Positions 42,891-54,700 of a DNA stretch of 64,000 nucleotides are shown piece by piece (position 1 is the first letter of the stretch; every line of letters starts with the position of its first letter). The position numbers and the translations under genes were made by a program. Source of the DNA: Macrostomum lignano (Eukaryota); NCBI GenBank assembly GCA_002269645.1, contig NIVC01002483.1, positions 62,001-126,000 on the forward strand, written 5' to 3'. The notes below the pieces were generated by a model. That model was not told where the DNA came from. It did no database searches and saw only the letters and a list, made by a program, of their open reading frames with translations.

Positions 42891-43789
42891 GGCCCGCAGC
42901 CCCAAGACAGCAGCAGTGCACTCAGCAGGTCCAGTTGCTTGACGAGGCGGCAGACCAGCTCAATGCCGGCATCAAGAATATCCTTGCAGAGCACAGTGCT
43001 GACGAGTCGCGGACAGCCGCAGAACATCGGAATTCAATCAGTCACTACCCAAGAGTTCAATAATTCATCGGCAGGGGAGACACGACAGCGACTCGACCCC
43101 GACCAGCTGTATAGGAGGGGCCTCTAGGAGCAGAAATTGTTTCTGGGGTCACGTAAGTTTTCCAGATCGCTGTGGATTAAACCCATACGAATAAAGGTTA
43201 GCCGTAGCTCGAATTTTAATGCAGGTTATTCCATCAGTTCGAAGCAATATATCAAGTCAAGTTGGCTTGGTGCTAAAGGCTGTAATATCATATGCATGTG
43301 TGCTTATTGATCTTCCATAGATTTTATAACACGACACGTACATTAAATAACGAAGCATCTAGTACTTATAGTAGTTTACCCATTAAACACCAACCATACT
43401 ACATGAACTGCCGGCTCTTGTACACTTCAGTTTGTTTTTTATCTTTTCGCCTCAAAATAATGCCTTCGTGCTGGACCGTCTGTCGATCCTAAGCCGCAGT
43501 GCGAAGAGCAGACAAATTTATGATTAACAAATCCTTGCAATGCCTTCAAAAAGCAGAGAGCAGTCCAGAGATTTCCCCACAAAGAATAAGCTGTTTAACT
43601 TTCCTTTCTCTCAAGTCAATCTCTATTCTCGTATTTTTGCGCTCGCAAGTCGTTCTTTCTCGAATTGATTTCGACGCTTCATATGAATTGTATACATAAT
43701 ACGCTCGTGTATATTGACGAATAAATGACTACAATGGGAAATCACTCTACGGGGTGCAAAAAGAGGGCAATTTCAAACCAATGAGAAAG

Positions 43790-44510
43790 AGAAAGGGAGA
43801 AGGGAGCGGAAGAAAAACACTGGGGGAGGAGGAGGGAACGGAAGAGAAACACTGGGTGGAGGAGGAGGGAGCGGAAGAGAAACACTGGGTGGAGAAGGAG
43901 TTAGCGGAAGAGAAACACTGGGTGGAGGAGGAGGGAGCGGAAGAGAAACACTGGGTGGAGGAGGAGGGAGTGGAAGAGAAACACTGGGGGAGGAAGAGGG
44001 AGCGGAAGAGAAACACTGGGGAGGAGGAAGAGGGAGCGGAAGAGAAACACTGGGGGAGGAAGAGGGAGCGGAAGAGAAACACTGGGGGAGGAAGAGGGAG
44101 CGGAAGAGAAACACTGGGGAGGAGGAGGAGGGAGCGGAAGAGAAACACTGGGGAGGAGGAAGAGGGAGCGGAAGAGAAACACTGGGGGAGGAAGAGGGAG
44201 CGGAAGAGAAACACTGGGGGAGGAAGAGGGAGCGGAAGAGAAAAACTGGGTGGAGGAGAAGGGAGCGGAAGAGAAACACTGGGTGGAGGAGGAGGGAGCG
44301 GAAGAGAAACACTCGGGAGGAGGAAGAGGGAGCGGAAGAGAAACACTGGGGGAGGAAGAGGGAGCGGAAGAGAAACACTGGGGGAGGAAGAGGGAGCGGA
44401 AGAGAAAAACTGGGTGGAGGAGAAGGGAGCGGAAGAGAAACACTGGGTGGAGGAGGAGGGAGCGGAAGAGAAAAACTGGGTGGAGGAGGGAGCGGAAGAA
44501 AAACACTTGG
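43790..44510. repeat. Purine-rich ~30-33-bp minisatellite (GAGGGAGCGGAAGAGAAACACTGGG...)
   Basis: Direct inspection; source of the E/K-rich pseudo-ORFs. Confidence 0.92.
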
Positions 44511-45309
44511 GTGCTAAGAGAGTGGAAACTGAGGGAGGAGCATGCGAAAGTGAAAGATCTATTGAAAGCGGTAAGGCTGACAGACAGAGTGGGACATGAT
44601 TTTTGCTCCCCAAACATTCGATACAGCCCCAGCTAAACAGCCAGCCAAGTTTTCAAAAGCAATTCAATTCAACGCATTTCCGTACTGACGTGTCGTCTCA
44701 TCTGTAAGCTTGTCTGAAAACTCTGAGTTACACTCTCTGGCACGGCATGCATATATTTTGTGACTGCAGAAAATTGCAATTGCTCAACATTTGCTAATTA
44801 TAGAAATTCTGTGGCTAGCGTACCCCATAGTATTCGGGTTTCTGACCGATTACGTAATCAGAGTTCCCGGTCGAATGAGCCAGCCTAAACATGTAACTCA
44901 GCTCTATAGCGCCTTCCTGCCCGCCCGTCGCGGTCCAGTGAATGCTGACAAAAACGCTGCAATGGTAAACATCAAGAGTCAAGACTTGCTCGCGGGCACA
45001 ACGAGATCTCGGAGAGACCAATCGCTCCAGGCAATAATTGAGTCACGCAAATGACTGACTGTTGCATTCGACTTAACATATGAGAGCGCGACAATTGGTT
45101 AATCTGTCTGCATGACTCGCCAGTTCGGATCAAGCACACGTATCATTACTCTACTCATAAATTAGTAGTACACGAATTTTGTGCTTTCTTTAGAGTGTGC
45201 AGAATTTCAATCAGTTCCACGAATGTTGGCGTGTCAGTGGTACGAAAGCATAGCTTGTGTGTGAAAGTGTTTTGATTCTTTTGAACATAGACAAATGAAT
45301 TCTAAGGCT

Positions 45310-45620
45310 AGTATCGTAGTCACCGTCGTAGGTCGGGGGTTCGATTCTCTATCCCATCTGAACAATTTTTCCTTGAGCAAGACACTTGACTCTGCATTGC
45401 TTCAGTTCAGCCAGCTGTAAAATGGGTGCCAGCATTAGCTGGGGTAATTGAGGCTGTGTGTGGCGACCCCCCAGTCCTTGGACTGAACAGCCGTACTCAG
45501 CCTTCAGATGCGCCGCGCGATAGCTGCGGCTGAGCTGTCGGTTGCACATCTGTAGTATTAGGGCAGGTGTAATCAGTTATTACCTGTAAAATTTTAGCGA
45601 ACGAATAAAAACAACAAAAA
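45310..45620 (+). mobile_element. tRNA-derived CORE-like SINE
   Basis: B box GGGTTCGATTC (45337-45347); CCTTGAGCAAGACACTTGAC...CAGCTGTAAAATGGG (45371-45426), resembling the MIR/CORE domain (CCTTGGGCAAGTTACTTAAC...CATCTGTAAAATGGG); A-rich tail at ~45605-45620. Confidence 0.65.
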
Positions 45621-46199
45621 GTCTGCACTAAAAGTTGCAAATGATGTTAATAAATATACAAACAGGTCAAGTTACAGAGGGGCCTACAGGTGTCTGCTAG
45701 ACACAATCATAGCATTTATTTAGCAAAGAGAACACTAACGCTGACAGCTTTATATTTGAAAGAGTGTCATAGAACGGTAAATCTGTTTTTCTTACTTACT
45801 TAAGAGTACAAGCGAATTGTAACAGCAGGCACAACGCAAAACGATCATTATATAAATGTATACTCTCATCTAACTTAGTCATTTATAATGCGTCATATTC
45901 AGTTGAGGAAAAATATAAGGGAATGAAACAATAGGATAAAAAATAAAAAACACAGGGCTTGCAAATTCAATGCATGCAATCTTGCGTCCTGGCGTGCCCC
46001 TACAGTTATATTGTGTAATTAGCGCAAACAAACAGGGGCGCGAAAGTAAGGAGCAAGGAAAGTGACGTTTTTAGGTGCGCAGAAGAAAACCGCGGGAAAT
46101 TTAAATTATTCAACTAGCTAGCTATTAAAGCAATATCGCAACTATTAATGTTTTGCTTCACACTATAGTGACCAGGCAGGCAGAATGACTAAAAAATAG

Positions 46200-46440
46200 G
46201 TAAAGTTCTTAAAGGGTAGGAGATGGGGTGGGGTGTTGAAGGGTAGGAAGGGGTGGGGTTTGAGGGGTAGGAAATGGGGTGGGTGTTTGAGGGGTAGGAA
46301 ATGGGTGGGGTGTTGAGGGGTAGGAAATGGGTGGGGTTTGAGGGGTAGGAAATGGGGTGGGTGTTTGAGGGGTGAAAGATGGGGTGGAGGTTTGATGGGT
46401 AGGAAATGGGATGGTTGTTGAGTAGGAAATGAGGTGGTGT
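46200..46440. repeat. Degenerate ~21-23-bp G-rich repeat (GGGTAGGAAATGGGGTGGGTGTTTGA)
   Basis: Direct inspection. Confidence 0.85.
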
Positions 46441-46894
46441 TAAGGAGAATATTGATCTGAGCACTAAGATGTGAGATTAGACTGTGCACAGATGATTTAA
46501 ATAAAATCATGTTAATTAAATGAATTCTTACAAAAAGTTCAATCATTTCATTTGGATTCAAATACTAAACTGGGGCGATGAAACGAAACGAACGATAAGG
46601 TGCCAGGCACTCAATAGTAAACAAGCAGTGAGATTCCAAAGAAATTAATTTGGATGCCAACAAGGCTCTGGGTGTAGCAATTATCAGAATAACAACAGCA
46701 TAGCTTGGAAAAGTCATAGCGCCTTATTAATTTCTAAAGCATTGTACAGGCATAGTGGGAATTTATTAAAGCTTGTGTCGATTTTAAACCAGGGGTTGGC
46801 AAACTTTTTTATCTTAGGGTTAGATAAAGAATCCAGCGCATGGCTGAGGGCTAGACGAGACGGGAAAGGAGGGGGAATGGAGGAGAGGGGCAGA

Positions 46895-47345
46895 TCGGAG
46901 ATGGGTGGGTGCAAGGGGGCAGAGCGGAGATGGGGTGGGTGCAAAGGGGCACAGCGGAGATGGGGTGGGTGCAAGGGGGCAGAGCGAAGAGATGGGGTGG
47001 GTGCAAGGGGGCAGAGCGAAGAGATGGGGTGGGTGCAGAGGGGCAGAGCGGAGATGGGCTGGGTGCAGAGCGGAGATGGGGTGGGTGCAGAGGGGCAGAG
47101 CGGAGATGGGGTGGGTGCAGAGGGGCAGAGCGGAGATGGGCTGGGTGCAGAGGGGCAGAGCGGAGATGGGCTGGGTGCAGAGCGGAGATGGGGTGGGTGC
47201 AGAGGGGCAGAGCGGAGATGGGGTGGGTGCAGAGGGGCAGAGCGGAGATGGGCTGGGAGCAGAGGGGCAGAGCGGAGATGGGGTGGGTGCAGAGGGGCAG
47301 AGCGGTGATGGGCCGGGTGCAGAGCGGAGATGGGGTGGGTGCAGA
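46895..47345. repeat. ~30-bp G-rich minisatellite (GGGTGCAGAGGGGCAGAGCGGAGATGGGGT)
   Basis: Direct inspection. Confidence 0.93.
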
Positions 47346-48064
47346 TCGACAGAGAGTAGGAAATGCATTGAGAAGAGATAAAAAAGAGAGGAGAGAGGAC
47401 AGAGAAGAAAGCTGAAACAGACACAAACCTTGAGCAGTCCGGAGACTGCCGACCCATGAATTACACTATGCAGCATGTTAGCATTGAGTGTGTTGTTAAC
47501 TCGTGTAAATATGGGCTTAGAGTACAAGTATATATTTTAAAAAACACAAAAAAGCAAAAGAAGTGCACACTCAAACAGAGACTAAGTTACACGGGCATGT
47601 AACTGTACAAGGCTACGGAAACAAGCAACACGGAACAAACTAGGTCATGTGCGGGCGAATCGCTGATATCCTGTTAATCTATTACACAATAACACACTAG
47701 TGCGGCACTCGCATATATCGAAGGTGGCAATAAGCAGACAAAGAGAAACCGTTATTGCAATTCAATTTCAATAATATGAATAGGCATTATTGCAAAAGCT
47801 GGTGCAGCACAGGGGGGGGGTGGTGGGCGGCAATCTATTCGTATCAGTTTCAAGTTAGGTTCCATTCTGTGTTGAAACAAAACCAGTACGCACGTAGGAA
47901 CCGGTTGTGCAGCCAAAGCGGCTAGCATTAACGCAAATATTGATAGCCAGTTCATTGCCTAGCTCAATTAGCATGTAATAAGGAAAGTACATGCGGTACT
48001 AACAAATAGTATCCGTGTTTTTAAAATAATAGAAAAGAGATTTGTAGGTTACTGGAGGGATAGT

Positions 48065-48660
48065 AGATGGGGCGAAGGGGCTGACTGGAGGAGGTGGGGT
48101 GGGCGCGAAGGGGCAGATTGGAGGAGGTGGGGTGGGCGCGAAGGGGCAGATTGGAGGAGGTGGGGTGGGCGCGAAGGGGCAGACTGGAGGTGGGGTGGGC
48201 GCAGTGGGGCAGACTGGAGGAGGTGGGGTGGGCGCAAAGGGGCAGACTGGAGGAGGTGGGGTGGGCGCGAAGGGGCAGATTGGAGGAGGTGGGGTGGGCG
48301 CGAAGGGGCAGACTGGAGGTGGGGTGGGCGCAGTGGGGCAGACTGGAGGAGGTGGGGTGGGCGCGAAGGGGCAGACTGGAGGAGATGGGGTGGGCGCAGT
48401 GGGGCAGACTGGAGGAGGTGGGGTGGGCGCGAAGGGGCAGACTGGAGGAGGTGGGGTGGGCGCGAAGGGGCAGACTGGAGGAGGTGGGGTGGGCGCAGTG
48501 GGGCAGACTGGAGCAGGTGGGGTGGGCGCAGTGGGGCAGACTGGAGCAGGTGGGGTGGGCGCGAAGGGGCAGACTGGAGGAGGTGGGGTGGGCGCGAAGG
48601 GGCAGACTGAAGGAGGTGGGGTGGGCGCAGTAAGGCAGAGCGGAGGTGGGGCAGAGGGCA
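48065..48660. repeat. 30-33-bp G-rich minisatellite (GGGCGCGAAGGGGCAGACTGGAGGAGGTGGGGT)
   Basis: Direct inspection; lies 3' of the CK1gamma stop codon. Confidence 0.93.
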
Positions 48661-48756
48661 GATGTGAGGTGGATTTGCAGCATAGAAGAGCTGAGCATCT
48701 GTCGGCAGAGTAGGATGTGGCAGCTAGATTTAGTCCAAATCAGAGGCATTGGATTA

Positions 48757-51700
48757 TCACGCACGCGGCGCGTGCAGATGCTGCTGGGCGCGCCGATTCT
48801 TCTTGGCGCGACGCCGAAAGAAGCAGCACTTGGTGTCGGAGGCGACGTCAACGTCGGCGTCGGGGGCGATGGGCTCGCAGGACTGGCCGGTGGCGTCGCC
48901 GCCAGCTTGGTCGAAAGCAACGGAGGCGATCACCTGCGGGACGGTACAGGTGAGGATGAGACGCACAGGTAAAGCAAGTTTAATTTGTAAATTAATCAAT
49001 CTCGCCTTCACCAGGCCAATATTAGATGAAATATTAGCTGCCACGGTTATTTTCAATTTAAGAAAACAACCAAATAAGGGAAGTGACAGTTTTACAAAAT
49101 TAAATTTTACTGAGATGTTTAGATTTAATTTCATTGAATAGCCGCAATCGTAGTGATGATGTTTAAATTAAATAAGCAAGTTCCTTGATTTCCTTTATTT
49201 ATTAGCTCAAAATTCGCGCAAACAACTACTGCTAGTAATACTATAATGATTTACCCTAATCAAGTTAGGAAGTTTTTAACCGGGCTTTGATTAGAAACAA
49301 AAAACAGAAAAAGCACAAACTTTTTGAAAAGACAAAAACTTTGAACCAGCGAAAAATTATGTCGCGAAACCAAACCGACACAGAATAGTAACTGTGGCAA
49401 TTCAACAGGGTGTTAGGCGCGCAGAAGCAGAGCGGAGACGGGGTGGGTGCAGAGGGCGGAGCGGAGATTGGATGGGTGCACAGGGCAGAGCGGAGATGGG
49501 TGGGTGCAGGGGGCAGAGTGGGGATGGGGTGGGTGCAGGGGGGCAGAGCGCAGGTTTGTCACAGGGGAGGGAGGGCAGAGAGGGCAGGAGCAGGGCTGAG
49601 AAGAGAGCCAAATGTATTTTTCGCTGTGTTTGCCTAAATTGGTTAGCTTGGTTACCCTGTCTGTGCTACACTCGAAATTTCTGGCCTCCGATTGGCTGTT
49701 GCCCTGCATTCGTTGATAGTTGAAGGAGCTGTCGCCCGTCCGATGCTGGTTCTGCTGTCGCTGTTTCAGAATAACATAAAATAAAATAAAAACAGCTAAA
49801 GTTGAAAGGCAGTGAAATACCATTAAAGCCGGTACATGTACTTTGCGTATATAGCTAGTTAGTTATTAATTTATGCTGGCAAAATTTTTCTTACTCAGTG
49901 ACAACCGCCCTAACCTGTCTGTTTTTAGAGAGCCGCTACCCTCTTCACTGTTTTTAGCGCTACTCTCCTCACTGTTTTTAGACACCCGCTATCCTCCTCA
50001 CTGTTTTTAGACACCCGCTATCCTCCTCACTGTTTTTAGACACCCGCTACCCTCCTCACTGTTTTTAGACACCCGCTACCCTCCTCACTGTTTTTAGACA
50101 CCCGCTACCCTCCTCACTGTTTTTAGACACCCGCTACCCTCCTCACTGTTTTCAGACACCCGCTACCCTCCTCACTGTTTTTAGACACCCGCTATCCTCC
50201 TCACTGTTTTCAGACACCCGCTACCCTCCTCACTGTTTTCAGACACCCGCTACCCTCCTCACCGTTTTCAGACACCCGCTACCCTCCTCACCGTCTGTTA
50301 GAAAGATACAATGATACAAAGGACGAGAACTTAAAGAATAACGAGGACACAATATTACAAAAAACTGCTATGCGCGATATTTAAAGGCAAGACTGAAGTT
50401 TAAGAGACAGGGTTTAACTGCAAGTAATCAATATCTTAAACAATTTACAACATCACAAAGTTTATAACTAGTACAATTAACTTTTTGATTGATGAGAATA
50501 GCCAATGAGGCATTGTTAACATTTAGGCGATTTTAAAGTGCAGTATACAGAATTAAATACAGATTTAAATATACGAAAGGTGCACGGAGGTACAGCACAG
50601 CTCACAAACAAAAGTATACACTATGCGCCAATCAAAGCAGCTAGCGCCAGTGAATTAAAGAACTCACGAGCGATATAGACTACTGCTATAATAGTTAATC
50701 TAAGAGGCTGCCGTTGTTAATACCTGCACAGATGCAGCTGGATTTAATCCCTGATTAGCCTGAGGTGAGAAGGAAAACACGCGTTGCAATTCCAGGTAGG
50801 ATGTAAAAAGTTTCTGCTTACACTACTGCATGGCTGTTTATAGTAGCAAAGAAAGCGTATAGCTATTAAAATTTTCAATACAAAAGCATACAACACTGAA
50901 TTTAATTGGGTCATTATTGCTCACCTTCTGAGTAGAGAGCTGCTGTTGCTGATGCTGATGGCCATGCCTCCTGTCCGCGGCCGCTGTGTCAGTACCGACA
51001 CTCACCGGGGTGCCCTGTGATCAAATCAATAAATATATGCTATCAATTACTGTGGTGATGCATGTAATGCTTAAAGGTCCACTTCCACTTAGCGTTTGGG
51101 AACCAGTGACGGCTGTTAGAACATATGGGATCATTTAATCTCCTTTTCAGTCTGTGTGCGTGCAATATCTCGCCCCATTCTCTCCCTCTCTATCTGGCCC
51201 CATTCTCTCCCTCTCTATCTGGCCCCATTCTCTCCCTCTCTATCTCAGCCCCGTTCTCTCCCTCTCTTTCTCAGCCCCATTCTCTCCCTCTCTATCTGGC
51301 CCCATTCTCTCCGTCTCTATCTCAGCCCCGTTCTCTCCCTCTCTATCTCAGCCCCATTCTCTCCCCCTCTATCTCAGCCCCATTCTCTCCCTCTCTTTCT
51401 CAGCCCCATTCTCTCCCCCTCTATCTCAGCCCCGTTCTCTCCCTCTCTTTCTCAGCCCCATTCTCTCCCTCTCTATCTGGCCCCATTCTCTCCGTCTCTA
51501 TCTGGCCCCATTCTCTCCGTCTCTATCTCAGCCCCGTTCTCTCCCTCTCTATCTCAGCCCCATTCTCTCCCCCTCTATCTCAGCCCCATTCTCTCCCTCT
51601 CTATCTCAGCCCCGTTCTCTCCCTCTCTATCTCAGCCCCATTCTCTCCCCCTCTATCTCAGCCCCATTCTCTCCCTCTCTATCTCACCCCCATTCTCTCC

Positions 51701-54700
51701 CTCTCTATCTCAGCCCCATTCTCTCCCTCTCTATCTGGCCCCATTCTCTCCGTCTCTATCTCAGCCCCGTTCTCTCCCTCTCTATCTCAGCCCCATTCTC
51801 TCCCCCTCTATCTCAGCCCCATTCTCTCCCTCTCTATCTCAGCCCCGTTCTCTCCCTCTCTATCTCAGCCCCATTCTCTCCCCCTCTATCTCAGCCCCAT
51901 TCTCTCCCTCTCTATCTCACCCCCATTCTCTCCCTCTCTATCTCAGCCCCATTCTCTCCCTCTCTATCTCAGCCCCATTCTCTCCCCCTCTATCTCAGCC
52001 CCAGTCTCTCCCTCTCTATCTCAGCCCCGTTCTCTCCCTCTCTATCTCAGCCCCATTCTCTCCCTCTCTATCTCAGCCCCGTTCTCTCCCTCTCTATCTC
52101 AGCCCCATTCTCTCCCCCTCTATCTCAGCCCCATTCTCTCCCTCTCTATCTCACCCCCATTCTCTCCCTCTCTATCTCAGCCCCATTCTCTCCCTCTCTA
52201 TCTCAGCCCCATTCTCTCCCCCTCTATCTCAGCCCCATTCTCTCCCTCTCTATCTCAGCCCCGTTCTCTCCCTCTCTATCTCAGCCCCATTCTCTCCCCC
52301 TCTATCTCAGCCCCATTCTCTCCCTCTCTATCTCACCCCCATTCTCTCCCTCTCTATCTCAGCTCCATTCTCTCCCTCTCTATCTCAGCCCCGTTCTCTC
52401 CCTCTCTATCTCAGCCCCATTCTCTCCCTCTCTATCTCAACCCCGTTCTCTCCCTTTTTTCCTCACCAAATCGCTCTCTCCTTCTCTTTCTCACATCCAT
52501 TCTGCCTCTCTTCCTCATCACTTCATTCTCTCCTTCTCTTTCTCATCCCTTATTTTCTCTCTCTCGTTCTCTTCCTCTTTTTCTTACTCAATCAGGAGTG
52601 AGAGGAATGGGCAGAATGGGCAGAATGGCATAACCGCTGACAATGGGACGATATCCCCGAAGGCGCTGCGCCAGGGTGCGCCAGGGTGCCCAATTATTAT
52701 TAACATTATTAGGTACACATCCCCGATCCTACCGTTCTGTCCTGCCGGGACACCCAGTCGAAGTCCCAATCGCAAGTCCAGTTATTGCGGGTCATCAAGC
52801 CGGTGAACAGTTCGCGCAAATAACTGTAGTCCGGCGTCTCGTAGAAATCTAGCCGACGAACGTAGCGAAGGTAGATGGCCATCTCCTCTGCGGGCGAGCG
52901 AGGCCAGGTAGTGACAGGTAAGTGACGGAGGATGGAGTGACAGTGGAATGGAGTGACAGTAGGGTCGAGTGACAATAGGGTCGAGTGACAGTAGGATGGA
53001 GTGACAGTAGGGTGGAGTGACAGTAGGATGGAGTGACAGTAGGATGGAGTGACAGTAGGATGGAGTGACAGTAGGATGGAGTGACAGCAGGAGCCAGTGA
53101 GCAGTGAAAGGTTGCATTCAAAGACGAGTGTCAGTCAAATGGACGGGGCAGGTGACCCCCAGCTTACCTGGAAATCCTTCGCACAGCACTTCAATAGGCG
53201 TGGCCCGTTTAGTGTCGCCAATTTTCTGATAGCGCTCCTTCAGATTGTCGGCCTTGAGTCCCTGCCAGGGCAGGCTGCCGCGCAGGAAATACATGAACAT
53301 GTGGCCGAGCGCCTCCAAATCGTCTCGACGGGATTGCTCTGGAAAAAAGAAAAAACGAAGTACAAAAGCTTCATGAATGAATTGCTTCATGAATTGCTTC
53401 ATGAATGAAAAACAAATTGACGCGATTATGAAACAAATAGAAATGCAAGCTGATTGAGATCACGAGCTAGAAGCTCTCTATAAGCGAGATTTTGGAGGCC
53501 TCTGGACACGGATACGATTTACGCTTTTCTGAATGAAGTGGTCCCGTGTACAGCGCTGACTTTTTTATTAGAGCCTGGGGCTGTGTGCACCCTGGTGCAC
53601 TTTAAGCGACATTGTCACACAACCGGCGAGAGGCATTACTGCCCATTCCGCCCAGACTCCCCTGAGCAGGCACACAAGCGCGCGGATACGTACGCAGTCA
53701 TACGCACAGGCACACACTCACACAGGAGTGTACAGCGGCCCTAACTTTATTTATCGTTAGGCATGTACACTTCACTGCGCCTTGGGGGTTGGCCCTAAAG
53801 GCCGTTAATTGCACGAGCAGAGCCAAGCCGAGATTCCAATTCAGCCCCAAATTAATGTGACTGCACTTGGAATCGAGCCTGGGCCGCTAGCACACCAGAG
53901 CGCCGCGCTAGACCCCCTGTAGGGCGCTTACAAACACAACTCAAGAAGAACCTTCGTTTCTTAGAAAAAGTCTTGGATTTCGGGTTTTCGCAAGAAGTAC
54001 AACCTAGACAGAAGCTTGTTCCTTCTTTTGGCAGAAAATAGCAATAGTATATTTATGCGAAGTATATTTTCACAAACTTTTAAGGATAAAAGTTTAAGAA
54101 AATAACAACAAAAATCGACAAAAAACTCTAGAAATACCTAGGTCAGTACGCTAGTAGTAGTATGTGTCATGACACATACACATGTAATTAATTGAGCAAA
54201 CACACTCACCTCTGCCTAAATGCGTATTAATGCTCATGTATCTGGCTGTTCCAGTCAGGCTCTTGTGCTCCCTATACAGAATATGCTTGTTAGTTTCCCG
54301 ATCGATGTACTCCTTGGCGAGGCCGAAATCGATTATATGGATCAGGTGTTGCTTGCGTGTGGTCTGTCGGCCGATTAGAAAGTTTTCCGGCTTGATGTCG
54401 CGATAGATCAGATGCTTGCTGTGCACGAATTCTATTCGCGAGATCTGCGTTGGCGGAGAAAATGGGGTGGGCGGTAGAGGCTCTTGGCTGCTGTCATCTT
54501 GCATCATGCAATCCACTCGTAACTAAAAGTGCAAGCCGCTCGGCACTGGTTAGCAGGTACTCGGAGCTCGAAAACAGCCACGGTAATTATAGTGAAATAA
54601 TTGATTAAGACCTACACAGTCAGCAAATCTGATGTAAATGGCGCTAAGCCTGATGCAAGTGGCGCCAAGTCCGATGTACATGTAAATGGCGCTAAGTCTG

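Noticed and set aside
42900-43027. Minus-strand [14 protein letters not shown]... as an insulin B-chain-like peptide
   Set aside because: Cys/Leu spacing does not fit CGxxLVxxLxxxC; no signal peptide or A chain
44520-44576. Plus-strand donor GCG|GTAAGG after a short coiled-coil-like frame
   Set aside because: No convincing acceptor or partner exons
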